A stretch of DNA of 56,030 nt, filler included, from Sluysia triapertura (Eukaryota): assembly GCA_046118255.1 (NCBI GenBank). It is 4 parts of 4 records of this genome, joined end to end, with 100 filler letters (N's around TTAATTAATTAA, not from the genome) between each part and the next. Parts side by side here need not be neighbours in the genome. Positions count along the whole stretch, not along the records: positions 18,478 to 32,506 come from JBJNIA010008879.1; positions 32,607 to 43,908 come from JBJNIA010186201.1; 2 more parts are not named here. One strand, written 5' to 3'. The notes under the pieces are model-generated. The model worked only from the letters and a program-made list of their open reading frames with translations. It had not been told where the DNA came from and ran no database searches. This document shows positions 24,791 through 38,450 of this stretch, piece after piece (positions within the stretch are counted from its first letter, which is position 1; the number at the start of each line of letters is the position of its first letter). Position numbers and translations under genes: made by a program.

Positions 24791-25378
24791 ATGTTTTCTG
24801 TTAAATCTAAAGACGATAATAAAGAAGTTAACAATGTTAAAGATGGAGATAATCAAGCTAATAATGACAAATATGATGATGTTGAAGTTAACAATGATAA
24901 AGATGATGCTATTCAAGCTAACAAGAATAAAGGTGGTGATCATGGGGTTAGAAAGGATGAAGACCATGCTTGCCAAATTCACAATCATAAAGATAACTAC
25001 TATGAACTTAATGATTGTAAAATTGATGTTTGTGAATTTAACAACAATAAAAATAATGCTTACGAATTTAACGACGATAATAATAATATTTACGAACTTA
25101 ATTAACTTAACGATGATAAAGATAAACATTACGAATTCAACGATTATAAAAATGCTAATGTGACTGCTCTTTCTCCATTCTCTACCGACAACAATGAGAT
25201 ATGTCTGATGAACAGAATATGCTGTCTCTACGCACATTCTACTTACAAATTGAAGTTTGTTAAAGAAGATGAAGCGAATTATAACCATCACACACACAGA
25301 ATTGCAGAATTACTCAAGAGTATCAGAATTAACTCGATCAATTCGACTGACAAGAGTTCAATGATCAATAACCATAAG
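24791..25378 (+). pseudogene. Asp/Asn-rich 10-aa-repeat protein exon with one in-frame TAA
   Basis: A 30-bp minisatellite encodes (KDDxxEVNND)-like units. ORFs 24791-25105 and 25160-25438 are in the same frame and separated only by TAA 25103-25105; a GT donor follows ...NNHK. Confidence 0.45.
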
Positions 25379-25769
25379 GTAAACAATTTTTACATTTACA
25401 TTCTTAGTGTTATGAATTCTTATTTTTTTAGTAGGTGAAACAGATAAAAGAGAAATCATACGCAGGAGTCAAGAATTTAAATTAAAATTTCTAATAAAAT
25501 TTTGTGCCGTTTGTCCTTTTTTGTGTAAAGAAAGTATAACTTATTTAGATCTAGAAATTTTGAAACAAAAAGTTTTAATAAAGTTAAATAGTATAATTCA
25601 TAAAGATAATGATAAATATAAATTTAATTTAAATTTTACTTATTATCTTAACTTAAAAAACATAAAAATCATTAAACATTCGCAAGTATAATGGCACCGA
25701 TGGTTCCAATCATTTTTCATAAGGTTTTATTTTAATATTTCAGTATTTAGTATTGTAAAGTAATTATGC

Positions 25770-25826
<57 letters not shown>

Positions 25827-27239
25827 TAGATTTTTATAAACTTTAAATACAAATAATAGATCTAAATTATAACTAATTATTATACTTAGTTCAAAAAATC
25901 TTGTAAATATTAAAATATTGATAAGTAATTATCGAAATAGTTGTAATTAAATATTATAAATGTAATTATTTATTGTTGTGCATTTATTGTCAGAATTTTA
26001 ATTTAATTTAATCAAATTCTATCGCTGGTAATTTACATTCATACGTACTCTTATTTTTGATAGTTATTTGAAAACATTTTCTAAAGGAAGGGTCAAAATG
26101 ACTTAAAATCTAAACTTTGTACAACTATTTTAAAGGTAGTCTTAAAATCTCATTAAAATCATATTCCGATAATACGAGCTTTCTTAATATCTATTAATTA
26201 TAATTTTATTATACCACTTGTTTGTTTTTTTGGATATTGTGCAATATCATATACTGTGTATTCATTTTTTGTAAATAAATATTCTTTATTTCATTTAATC
26301 TCAGAAATTAAAAATAAGTTACACGAAACTTATCTTTTTGGTACTAATCCTACCGACCAGTTGGAAAGATCTTCTGATTTAAAATATGTCGTGTTACATA
26401 TTGTAATTTTTCTTATATTGTGTAATTAAATTTTTTGTGAATAAATTGATTCAGCATTACAAGTCAAGGTTAAGTTAAGCATAACTTATTTTTCAGAAAA
26501 TTCTACAGACCGGTCTTTTATTAGTAAATATAAATCGGACTTGTTAGGTGAACTCGTCCTCAGATAGGTTATTTTGTAAGTGTAAAAATTAACGATTTCA
26601 GTAAGACAGTAGAACCAATTGGAAATAAGTGCAAAAAACTTAGTTACATAAAACACTTACAGTATTACAGAATGAATGATTCATAATATTGAAATAAAAT
26701 AACTAAACATAAAAAATTGTAAATAAAATAACCATGGAACCAATTTCACCAATAAATTAACTCGCAACTTTGTGGATTTTACTTTGACTTAGTTTATATA
26801 TAACTAGCTGAAAATAAAATGTGCTTTTCGTGCATCTATTTTATCTATTGTATTAATATTGCCAAAATAGTTTTCCTTGTGTGAAGTTTGTTGCACTAGG
26901 TACAATACTTTACACACTATTAATTTAATGATACTGCATGTTTAAAAATGTTTTACTATTAGATACTACTGAGATGGATATTTTAAATTTTCAAACTTTT
27001 AACATTTGTAAGCATTAACTTATTTAAAATGTATTGATTAAAAATTATTTATTTAAAATTATTTTATTATTATTTCTAAATAAAACCCAAAATACCAAAG
27101 ATGTTGACATAACTTTGTCAATATTAAAAACAAATATTATATGTAAAGTTATTTTGATAAAAGCATACCAAATAGTGCATAAGTCTCAGAGAAGTTGCCA
27201 GAAAATCAAATATTAAAAATTTAATTTTTCTCCACTAAC

Positions 27240-27407
27240 TTGGAATCCACCTTCGGAACTCATTTGTCGTAAAACGCACCATCTTAGTAACCGTTTTAAA
27301 TTTATCAAATGTAATGAATTTAATTGTATAAGAGTTGCTACCGCACAAAACGTATAACCACCATGAGCTTCAAGACCTGGCGCACCTCCAAAGCCGCCTT
27401 CATATGT
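27240..27407 (-). CDS. FNTB: Protein farnesyltransferase beta subunit, exon 2
   Basis: After a 39-nt GT-AG intron (27408-27446): TYEGGFGGAPGLEAHGGYTFCAVATL...LLRWCVLRQMSSEGGFQ, then a GTTAGT donor. Confidence 0.93.
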
Positions 27408-27446
27408 CTAACAAATAATAAAATTTCCAACTTAAATAAAATTTAC

Positions 27447-28079
27447 TTGACATGATGCAATCCATTCTGCAGTTCCTTTAAATAACCGTGTACAATTTAA
27501 GCCACACAATTTCGCAACTGTTGTCGCACAATAACAACCTCTAACATCAACTTCTCCACCTTCATGCATCATAAATGAACCATCCAATTTCTTTAAACTC
27601 AACAACCAATCAAAAAGTTTATTCTTATCAACAATATCAAAACACTTCGTGGACTCCAATTCAACTAATGCTAAAATTGCACCATAAGTAGTTGCTAAGT
27701 GACCTATTTGACATAGACCACCTCCAAAACCACCTGTAACTGCTTGACAAGCTTTTAATTTATTTACAATATCATTTTTTATTTCTTCAGAGATTCGAAA
27801 ATTAAGCAGTTTTAAACTGTGTACATTCCAATATACCAACCATGTTTGACTAGCATCTAAAGATTCATATGAAGAAGGCAAATGTCTCAGTAACGTTCTG
27901 CTAAATTTAACATGAATAACTGAGAAAAAATTTCTGTAATCCGATTTAAAACGATCAATGTGCTCATAATATTTATCTGTTACTAATTCATCAATTGCTT
28001 TTTGTTCTTTTACCGTTTTAGTATCAATTGAATAGGTAAATAATGGCAATCGAAATTCTTTTTTGAAAGACCAATCCAT
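27447..28079 (-). CDS. FNTB: Protein farnesyltransferase beta subunit, exon 1
   Basis: LPSSYESLDASQTWLVYW, GGFGGG..Q.GHLATTYGA, DGSFMMHEGGEVDVRGCYCA, TAEWIASCQ: prenyltransferase repeats characteristic of FNTB/RAM1. Confidence 0.95.
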
Positions 28080-31000
28080 TTCTGATTACTAAACATGGAA
28101 ATATTAAGTCCAAATAAGTATTAAATATTAATTAAAATATAAATTTAATCAAATTAAAGAAAACAATTTTACATGTAATACCGAAATAATATATTACTCA
28201 AAAAAATATTTTACAATTTAAAATAATATTGTATTACAATTTAAAGGTTACAATAAAAAATATTTAAACAATTGAATCATATAAATTAAAAAAGTAAATA
28301 TAAATGTATTTTTATTTTTATAAAAAGATTTAGAATAATTAAAACATTTTTAATTGCTGATCTGAATTCAATTTATTTTAATTTTCAGTTTTCTAGAATA
28401 ATTTGTAGAATAAATAATTTAACGGTCTTGAATATATAAATAATTTAACTGTCTTGAATTTATAAATTAAAAATAACAATAAGTTTTATGCGACCAGTCA
28501 AGCAAGGTCGAAAAACATTAACACGAAAATGACGTAAAATGTGCACTCTGTACTTTGTTGTATGGAAACTGTTTATTGAATTGATTTATTATAGACTGAT
28601 TATTGATTATAGACTTTGATATTATTATTCATTAAATATTATTTGAAACAATCATTAATACTATTAAATATTATTAATTTATTTTAAATATTTCATTGGA
28701 AATTTTTGTAAGTAATTATTTAATTTTCATATGTAATTAATTTTAATTTGAATTATAATAATATTAAATTATTTTTAATTAATAATTATTTGTTTAAATT
28801 ATTTGTTTTAATCCGATCAAGGTCGGATCGAAACCATATAAATATACGCCATTTTTCAATCGAAACGCAATAACATTTTATAAAATTTTCTTTGAAGATT
28901 ATCTGAGCATATCCATTCAGTTCCAACTGCACTACAATGCTTTCACATTCAATATTTTTCAAAAAACTGCGTTAGTTTAATTATTATAAGGGCGTTTCGT
29001 TGGCAAAAACATACTGTTGTGTCTTTTATCACTTCTATTTTCCCATATTATTAGATTAGAACTCAATAACTAAATAAACTCAAAATCTCGATATATTCGT
29101 TGTATTATCACAAAACTACAACTAGAATATATAAATTATGACAATACAAGTTATTCTTTATAACAATAATAATACAAAGATCTACTTCTAGCCAGATAAC
29201 ACTCAGCAAAGTGGTGGATTTAGCAATCTTCATTTTTCATACGATCTAGTAAGTTAATATTTATTAAGACTTTGCTTACTCTGAATAGGAATAAAATAGT
29301 GCTCTATCGAATTTTTGAGGAAATTCGAAAGTAATTTCATAGTTTATTAATTAGATAAAAATTAAAAAAATTAAATTAAAAAATTAAAACTACAATTTAG
29401 AATTAAATATTCACTTGAATATGTATATGAATTACAAATAAATTAAGTGAGTCCACCTACGATCCTAGACTTACGAGTTACAGCTATTCCCTAGGATTTT
29501 TAGAAAAACAATTTATAGCTAACGGAGGCCTATTTAATATATTACTTTAACTCTTAAGTCAGTTCTTAGTCGCTTATTCAACTTATATCCTTCAATATTG
29601 TAAAGATTTTTTAAATAAACCTAATAATTAATGCTTAAGTATATTATTATGATCCTTTTAAAATTCGGACCAAAAATGAATCTGGAATGTTAATGGAAAA
29701 TTAAGATGGTTCCTTACTCAATGAAACCAGATGTTTAATACTGATTTTATTGCGGTTCCCTGTTAAATAGAACCAAAAATTTAATTAACTATAACCTGGA
29801 TTTCAGTAGTGATTTGATGAAATGAAATCTTTAAATTGTTTTACAATTTGAATGAATTTTAATAATTATTATATTAAGGATTCTACTTAAATGAAACCTT
29901 TAAAAACTTGTTACTTTATAAAATTCTTTTAATTTTCATGAAGGAGGATATACTTATTTTCTGTTTCAATAATTATGAAAATTTAAGAATTAATAAATTT
30001 ATTAAAAAATTTAATAAATTAACTATTAATAAATAAAATCGAGTAATCATTATAAAATATGCACTGTCAATATAAAAAAAATTGTACTTTATCGGATTGT
30101 CCTTGACAATCATATGTTTAGTTATTTTAAAAAATCTAAATTCATTGCTCTTCTATCAACTTAAAAGAGAGCCCAAAAATATAAATGAAATTTTACGCAT
30201 ATTTTATATGCAATAATTAATTTACAAAAAAATTAACGAATTAATTAATTAAAATTGAAGTCAAGGATTGTCTACAGAAAATAATTTGTCAGTAAAATAT
30301 TCAGATTAATTTGAATTGGTTTGGTTACAAATTATTACATAATTATTACATAATCGAAGTTTGTGTTATCAGAACTTGAGCTTTAGAACTTGTGATCAAA
30401 ATTTCTTGTGTTTAAAAACTTGTAAATAAACTTGTGTTAAACAATTGTGAGTTTAGAACATTTTATCGTGTCTATTTATACTAGTTATATTTATTTTTAA
30501 TAAACAAAAATATTAATAATAATAATATTAAAATTTATTTAAGATTTTTTAAACAAGGATATAAAAATAAGATAATATTAAAAATATTAATAATAGTAAT
30601 TTTAATAATAATAATAATAATAAAAAATAATAATAGTAATTTTAATAATAATAATAATAATAATATTAATATTAATAATAATAGATTTAATGTATGTTTT
30701 CAATTTTATATTAATCAATTTGGACTTTAATAAACTTGTGTTATGGACCTTGTATTATTTAGTATTTTACTATTATTTACATTATTATTATTATTATTAT
30801 TATTATTAATACTATTATTAAATTTTTGACAACTATCTTCGTACATTCACCTCTTTACAAATTCTGTTGGCTTCTTGCTTTTGTCTGTAACTATATGTTT
30901 AGTCCTTGATTGTATGTTCAATGTTAAATATAAACTTTTGTAAAAAATACTATGCATTGTAACCTCTGTGGTGGTCCAGCCCGCACCTACCTACACATCG

Positions 31001-31647
31001 CATAAATCACACCAACCAAATATACAAAAAAATAGACATTACAAGTTTTGTCCATATCACTCACAACATCACATCACTCATCCTTACCAAATTACACATG
31101 CCTAATAAAATTTATTTTATTAAACACAACGCTCGTTGTCATCTTGTCATCATTATGACGTAACATCCTCTTGCTTGTATCTCGCAATTTTTATGTTTTA
31201 TTCTACATTTTATAATTGTTTTATAATTGTATAATTGTATAATGTTACATTTTTACAATTTTTCTTATCTCATTCCTACTAACGCAGATATAAAAACACC
31301 CTTTGTAGTCCATGGTTTAAGCATCATATTGATAGTATGAAAACGGAATTATATCAAAAAAATATCATCTTCTGTTACATCTTCCGAAACAGGTAATTTT
31401 ATACCAACTGTAACAAATAATCATTTTCAACTAAATCAGTACCAAACTCCTCAATTAATTAATAAATTACCGATATCATTTTAACATCCTAGTTGTTATT
31501 GTCCTACTTCATTTATTTATGTCACTGAAAATGGCGTTTGTGATAATTTTCAGTATCTTGATAATATAAAATAACGTGATACATCGCATTTCAGAGATAA
31601 TTATACACCTCAGTCACTAATCCATCATGATAATAATCAGTACTGTA

Positions 31648-32370
31648 TAGGGTTTCCAATACCGGACCAAAAAATTAAATACCGTTATTCGGTATTTCTA
31701 AAATTCAATACCGGGATACCGGTTTTAATATCGGTATTAGATATTATAAAAAATATCCAAGCCTTACTGGGTTTTGTTTTTTAATTTGCTGATTAAAAAC
31801 AATATAAAGAAAAATATTAAACTGCAACAGATCTTTTTATTTCTTTAAATCACGAAAATATGTTGTACATTCGGGGCAATTATTGCATATTTTTAAAATG
31901 CGATCTTAGTAAACACTACGCATCAAATGTATTGTCAACTGTATTTTAGTGCAAAAATTACCAGCAGTCGAAAAAGCTCTTTTAACTTCTACAGTAGTTG
32001 GAGGAATGGTTAACAATGCATGATATACCTTTTCTAAATATTTACCTCCAAATCCATCATGTAAAAACAAGTCTCTCTGGATGGTTGTCGATATATCTGA
32101 ACTAAGAATTGTAGTTGGACCTGTATATATTTTCTTAATAATGGCTAATTCTAATCTTTCCTTAAGCGTAAGTTTCTTTTCATCATCGTCTTTGCAGTCA
32201 TTCTCGTTCTCTATACCTTTATCGATTTCTTCTGAATCACTACAAGTATCCGGATAAATTTGAGGTTTTAAATGTTTTCTTATCTTTTTCATTTTTTGTA
32301 GATACAGTAAAATATCTTCTGTTTCAGTGTGCCTTTCTTCTATCTGATTTTTTAAAGCAATATATTGTAA
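31648..32370 (-). mobile_element. hAT transposon 3' remnant (C-terminal dimerisation domain plus terminus)
   Basis: YHALLTIPPTTVEVKRAFSTAG matches the hATC motif (PxTSxxxERxFS); TAGGGTTTCCAATACCGG terminus with AATACCG/CGGTATT subterminal repeats at 31648-31740. Confidence 0.88.
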
Positions 32371-32506
32371 ATAATATTATCCGTGTAATTTAGTGTAAAT
32401 TATCTTTGAAATTATGACTTATTGTAAAAAATAATTTAAATAAAATAATAATTTAAATAAACCTTGTAAATAATAATAATAAAATTGTTAGATAATAATA
32501 ATAAAT

Positions 32507-32606
32507 NNNNNNNNNNNNNNNNNNNNNNNNNNNNNNNNNNNNNNNNNNNNTTAATTAATTAANNNNNNNNNNNNNNNNNNNNNNNNNNNNNNNNNNNNNN
32601 NNNNNN
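32507..32606. other. Artificial contig spacer N44-TTAATTAATTAA-N44
   Basis: Identical linker. Confidence 0.97.
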
Positions 32607-35264
32607 CACTTTCATTGAACCTCATTAAAATACTGAATTTAGAAAGGTTCGTATAATCGAACCAGAGTAAAATCATTTCATATCATTTTTAAATTAACTA
32701 AAAATCTATAAAATCACATTAAAGCCCTAAAATATCATTTATTAAATTATTAAACTTGATTTTTCAAATAGTAATAAAAATCCAACGGTTGGTCATTCAT
32801 TTTGTATGTCCAATACGTTGGTGGACTCACGGTTTTATCTTTATAGATTTATTCGCACGCAGAACTCATAGAATTCTTGCACATTTAACGATGCAACAAA
32901 TATGAAATTTAATTATGTATGTAATGTCTTCTACAAATATTATGAATTTTCAATTCTATTTTTTAAAATTTTATTCCACAAATATTAATCTATAATTAAT
33001 TTATCTCTGTAACTAAATTTTATTACATGACCAATTTCTTTTTATAGTTAATTATTTTAATATAAGTATTATTGTGAAAATGTGGCCAATTTTATTTATA
33101 CATTAATTAATATTCATCTACAACATTATGTTACGTATTCGATTTGTTTTTTCATTTCTTTGTTTTTCAGGTGCTGTTGGTTGAATCTAATCTTTTAGAC
33201 TTCTTAATTAAATGTGATGAGTCTGCATATATTCTGTTTTTGTTTGTTCTCACTTTCTGTTGGATTGAAACATACTTTAAGATGTCGCATTTAAAGTAAC
33301 TAAGATATTCTTTTGCAAATAATTTTATTTTGAAAATATTAATATGTTTATATAATTTTAAATTTCACAAATTACTTTCAAATCTAATTAAATATAGTTA
33401 CTAATTAAATGTTTAATGATTTGTAAGTCTTCTTATAATGTTTTCACTTTATCTAATTTGTTAATGGATATTTTTCAAGGTGAAAAAAAATAATTGATGT
33501 GTAAAATGCAATTAAAAAAAGTTTCGAATATGCAATTATAAAGATTCATCTTACGAATTAGGAAAATTTTATTTGTTCTAAAATGTATTGAAATAAACCA
33601 ATAAAAAGTCAAATAATTCGATAATAATTCGAACATAATGAAGTAACTGAATTAGAACTTCGTTATCAATTGTTTAAATATCAAAATAAAATTTTAGGTT
33701 AAAAATATGCTGGATAAACATGGACCAAGTGGTAACTGACTATAATGATGTTCATTTAACTAACTTTTCAACAAAACAATACCAAAATTGAGTAAAAAAT
33801 ATTCTAAATTTTATTTTTGTAATGAATTGGTTTGTGAAGACATTTTATGTAAATAATGTCGAATTACTGGCATGTGGTAGTATATTTTTTATGGTAAAAG
33901 ATCATATTTGCTTTGGTTTTTATCTTTATTTCAGTCTTATAACATTGTTTAGTTATTTTATATTTCATTTTTGTATGTATGTTTTATATTGTTTATTTAA
34001 CAGATTATTTTTTTCTATTAATGGATTGATAAGTAAAACAAAACATCCATTTCCGATAAATAGTAATAAATAATATAAAAAACAAGTGAAACGTTCTAAA
34101 ATATTTTAAAGGTTTATTGAGAAACACAGTTTTGTTTTCAATTTGGAGCTATATTTATTATGAATTAATGTCAAAGAACAACTTCGAACATCTTCACAAT
34201 GTTTAAGATTACGATTAACAAGGAAATACTAGCACTGAATATCCAAATTTTGTTGTAACTCGATAATACCTAGCTGTTTGTGACACATGTAACAGAATAT
34301 CGATTAAGAGGTGTTTTCTCGTTCACCAAAATCTTTGATTAAATTTTCCCAAATCCACAAAATCTTTCACATGTTTCTTAATAAACACTTATATTTGAAT
34401 ATATTTTCCTCGTATATATTTTTGCTTTTGTTAGGTTGTCATCACAACCCTACAAAATAATTTTAAGATGTCATTATAACACTTTAAAATTATTTAAAAC
34501 TATTTAAATTATCAAGAAATTATTTAAAATCATAGAACATGTTTCAAAACCATTTATTAATCTTTAAAATTACGTAAAAACAATTATTTTCCAAAAAAGA
34601 AATTATTTTCCCAAAAAAGAAAATTAGCTTCTGAAAATAGTATAGAAACTTCTAGAATATTCCATCGATTTTCATTGGATGATGACTAGTATATAATTTG
34701 ACATCAATACAATGAAAATCGCCATTTTCGCAACGTCATTTTGAAATTAATATCATTTTTTAAATCATTGGGTAACAGTTATTGGAGAATAAATGTTTAC
34801 AATCTGTCAATAGTCATCACAATTCGATTTGGAAAACTCATTCGACAAAAGCATTTGGAAATTTTTAGACAACAATCAACATTTAATGACCATAAATAAA
34901 GTAATTTGTTTTTCTTAAGATTTGATATTGGCTTTATTTAAGAAAGTTAATATCCTAAAATTTACTTAAAATAATATTACTTTTAGTCAATTTTAAGGTT
35001 TCCCTGATAGATTGAGGGGTAAAATACAGTGCAAAATCACAATTAAATAAGTTAAAGACTCAAGAGAACTTTAACTATTAAAATAAACTATTGAGATTTT
35101 TGTTCTTTCCCGTCTTTTTGTATTTTTATCCTATAAACAATTTTGGTTATTTAATTTTGTGATTTTTTAAATAAAAATTCGTTAGACGTTTGAGATTTTA
35201 TTTAATAATTGAACATTAAATCATTATAATTTGACCCTCTTATATTTGAATTGTCAGTTTAGGT

Positions 35265-35350
35265 CACTACGTTTTTCTTAACTTATATTGTTACAGAAGT
35301 GTCCTCACTGTAACCGGACCCTGCTCAATTTTCCATTTTGCCGTAGGTTT
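35265..35350 (+). repeat. Third copy of the 3841-3956 repeat, with an internal deletion
   Basis: AACTTATATTGTTACAGAAG...CTGTAACCGGACCCTGCTCAATTTTCCATTTTGCCGTAGG is nearly identical to 3845-3926. Confidence 0.8.
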
Positions 35351-36460
35351 AGATTTAAACATCAATTAAAACCACAAGTCTTTTAAAGAAATATTTAGAA
35401 AAGTAAATATATACGATTGAATAACCTAATATATACCTTTCAAAGTAGTTAAAAAATATTTAAATATATTAAACTTATGAAACATTGAAAACTATTTGAT
35501 AAATATTGTTAAATCCGTTTAAAATACACAAAATACAAAATATTTTAAAAGTCCAATGTAAATATTGTAATAAACAATATAAAAACATTTGAAACAACTT
35601 TTCAATATTGTAAATACTATTTTTATAAATATTATTATAAAAAGGATATAACTTTTACAACTTAAGAGTGATTAAAAATTCAGATAATAGCTTTAGATAC
35701 TCCAGAGATATAATCAATAGACAAATAATAGAGAAAGGAGAAATACATTACACTTAATTAGCATCCATAAAGTATTATGGATCAACGCAAATGGCATGAA
35801 ACACGAAAGAACGATTACTAACAGACAAACTAATACTAACGAGCAAGGTGGATAAATAACAAATTATGCAATATGAAAAATAATGTACATCAAAATATAT
35901 GATAATATGTACTGTAATTGGCTGTACAGCCATAGTAGAAGATCAATTTTAAAAGAACTATTATAGAAGTTTGTCAAATAGGGGATCTTATATGATGAAA
36001 ATAAAATATTTGTTAGTTATAAATTCTGAGCAGAAAAAATTAGAATTTTAAACAATAAAATTCATTAAGTTAAACTAAGAATATAAAATTATATTTGGTT
36101 ATATTTTGACAATTTATAATTGAAGTTATTTAAATTTATTAGTTTAGCTCAACGTTGCCGTAGTCTTCAAAAATTTTAGTAAAAGTAAAATAGTGTGAAC
36201 TTTGATGAATATTTTCTTAAGTATGACAATTTTTAAACATATTTATTTAAGTATGATTTATTGTTTAATATGGAAATATTGTAGTAAATTTAGCACTTTC
36301 ATATCTGACAATCTAAAGCTGAGTCAAAAGTACTCACGATAACTTACAATCATTTAATAATTTTGTAATAGTCATACTGTTTAAAACATCAAGGTAAATC
36401 CATTTTGTAAATTAAGTCCAAGTGAATAGAGGTGATTAAACATTAAAATCTTTAATAAAT

Positions 36461-36591
36461 NNNNNNNNNNNNNNNNNNNNNNNNNNNNNNNNNNNNNNNN
36501 NNNNNNNNNNNNNNNNNNNNNNNNNNNNNNNNNNNNNNNNNNNNNNNNNNNNNNNNNNNNNNNNNNNNNNNNNNNNNNNNNNNNNNNNNNN
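36461..36591. other. Scaffold gap (N run without linker)
   Basis: Read directly. Confidence 0.97.
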
Positions 36592-36799
36592 AAGAAATTA
36601 TACAGTAAGTTCACCTACAATCCTAGTTTTACGATAATACTAATAATAATACGGAAAATACGGAAGATTACTAATTGAAAATCTTCGCCCGAAGGCAGTA
36701 CATAAATAATGATTTTCACATAAAAATTAGAGAATGATCAATAAAGAGGATTAAAATGTAAAATCACATAAAAGTTAATAATTAATAACATTGTTTTTC

Positions 36800-38450
36800 T
36801 ATGCAGGATCAGCAGCAGCAGTAGGAACTATAACTAGAACCGGATTTGGGGTTGGTTGTGGAATTGTAACTGTTGTTGGAACTGGAGCTAGGCAGCAGCA
36901 CTGTGACGAAGTTTTGGGTACCGAGAAAGAATGTGATTGACGTAGATGCGATATGACATCTTCACCATATGCAAAGAGATGTCCACCAAGAGTTTGTTAG
37001 TAATACGTTTACTGAATTTGAATTTTTTAAGGGTAGTTAAATTTTCAGGGTTCATTGTGTCAAGTATGGGGAATATTAGGGTGAAAATTTTAACTTTACA
37101 ACGAACAATTTTACTCAGATATTGAGAAAAAGATGAATATTTTTAAAAATTTCTTTTGTGAATATTTTGTCGAATGGGGTTTTAACATTAATTAAGTAGT
37201 AACACTTGTCAAATTTAAAGAGTAAGTTTTGGGTGACAGTTAGAAAATTGGACTCAACATCAAAAAATGTGATTGCTGATGATTGACCATCATCAGTATT
37301 GACACAATAATGAAGATTTTTACGAATAGTGTCAATACTGGTGATGGCAGCAACTCTTTGTACTATTTTAAATTATAAAAATTTTTATATTAATTAATTT
37401 AATAATTGGTAATAATAATAACAATGATAATATTGTTATTATTATTATTAACAAAAATAAATAAATAAAAGAAATCCTCATAAAACTCTTTCAAAAAAAT
37501 AACATGATCTTTTTCTTTAATATTTATTTCTCGACATATAAAAAGGGAAAAATTAAACAAAAATTGGTAAAGGTGAGTGAAATAGCAACAATAACAGGGT
37601 GTATAATGCTCGAGTTATCGCTGTTTTTTCACTGTATAAAAGTGAATTCTTGAAAACTGTATTCGATTTAACTTAAATTCTTAAAAAGTTTTTAGCATAT
37701 ATAAATGAATTAAAATGTATTTGAAACTAAATTACTGAGTAAGAATTGTTTCAAAAGAATTGGTAGATATAATTAACCTTTGAAGGTATAGTAATTGATA
37801 TGAGTCTTGAAATGAAATAGAGTGTGTTAGAATAAGTTCTTAAATATTGATTGAGGTCCAAAATTGAAAATAAAGTTCAAGTATTGAAATATCGTGGATA
37901 AAAGGTTTATTGAGAAAATTGTAATTTAATGAATCTAAAAGAACAATTACAATACAACTCTTGGTACATTTAAGATGTTATTATACTATGTTTTCTGTGC
38001 TTTGTTTTTTGATGTTGTACTGTGTTGTTGATGCCTGTGCATAGATGAATAGAGTTTGAACTGTTGTAATTGATTCGGAGTTGTGAAGTACGTATTTTGT
38101 GTTTCGAGTAGATTTATTAGTGTTGTGGAATGGTGTTAAGTGTAATTGTGGTTTATGTGTTATGAGTTTATGATTGTGATTTGGTTTAAGCAAATAAGCT
38201 ATTGAATAAATATTAAGTATTGGTTGTTAAAGTGTAGTGTGAACTAAAGGGTTCGAAAGTATTAAATGGATTGTTTCAAATATGTTTGTTGTTGGATTAT
38301 TGTGAATGTCGAGTAATGTTTCTAGTGAATTGGTTAGTTTAATTTAGTACTGTTAGGTGTAATCGTGATTTGGATGTTGTAAAATTGTGAATATAAATTG
38401 ATTTCAAGGAGTATGTAATAGATGGGTGTGTGACTGTTTAAGTATGATGA
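36800..38450 (-). mobile_element. Possible highly decayed Penelope-like retroelement
   Basis: Strong A/C skew on the - strand; IHPVIVAIS and AITFFDVESNFLTV occur in the order of the Penelope RT motifs (LRPIVS, SFDVESLFTNV); many stops. Confidence 0.3.

Noticed and set aside
24734-25297. 187-aa hydrophobic - strand ORF and the 24834-25163 + strand ORF
   Set aside because: Shadow frames of the 30-bp minisatellite.
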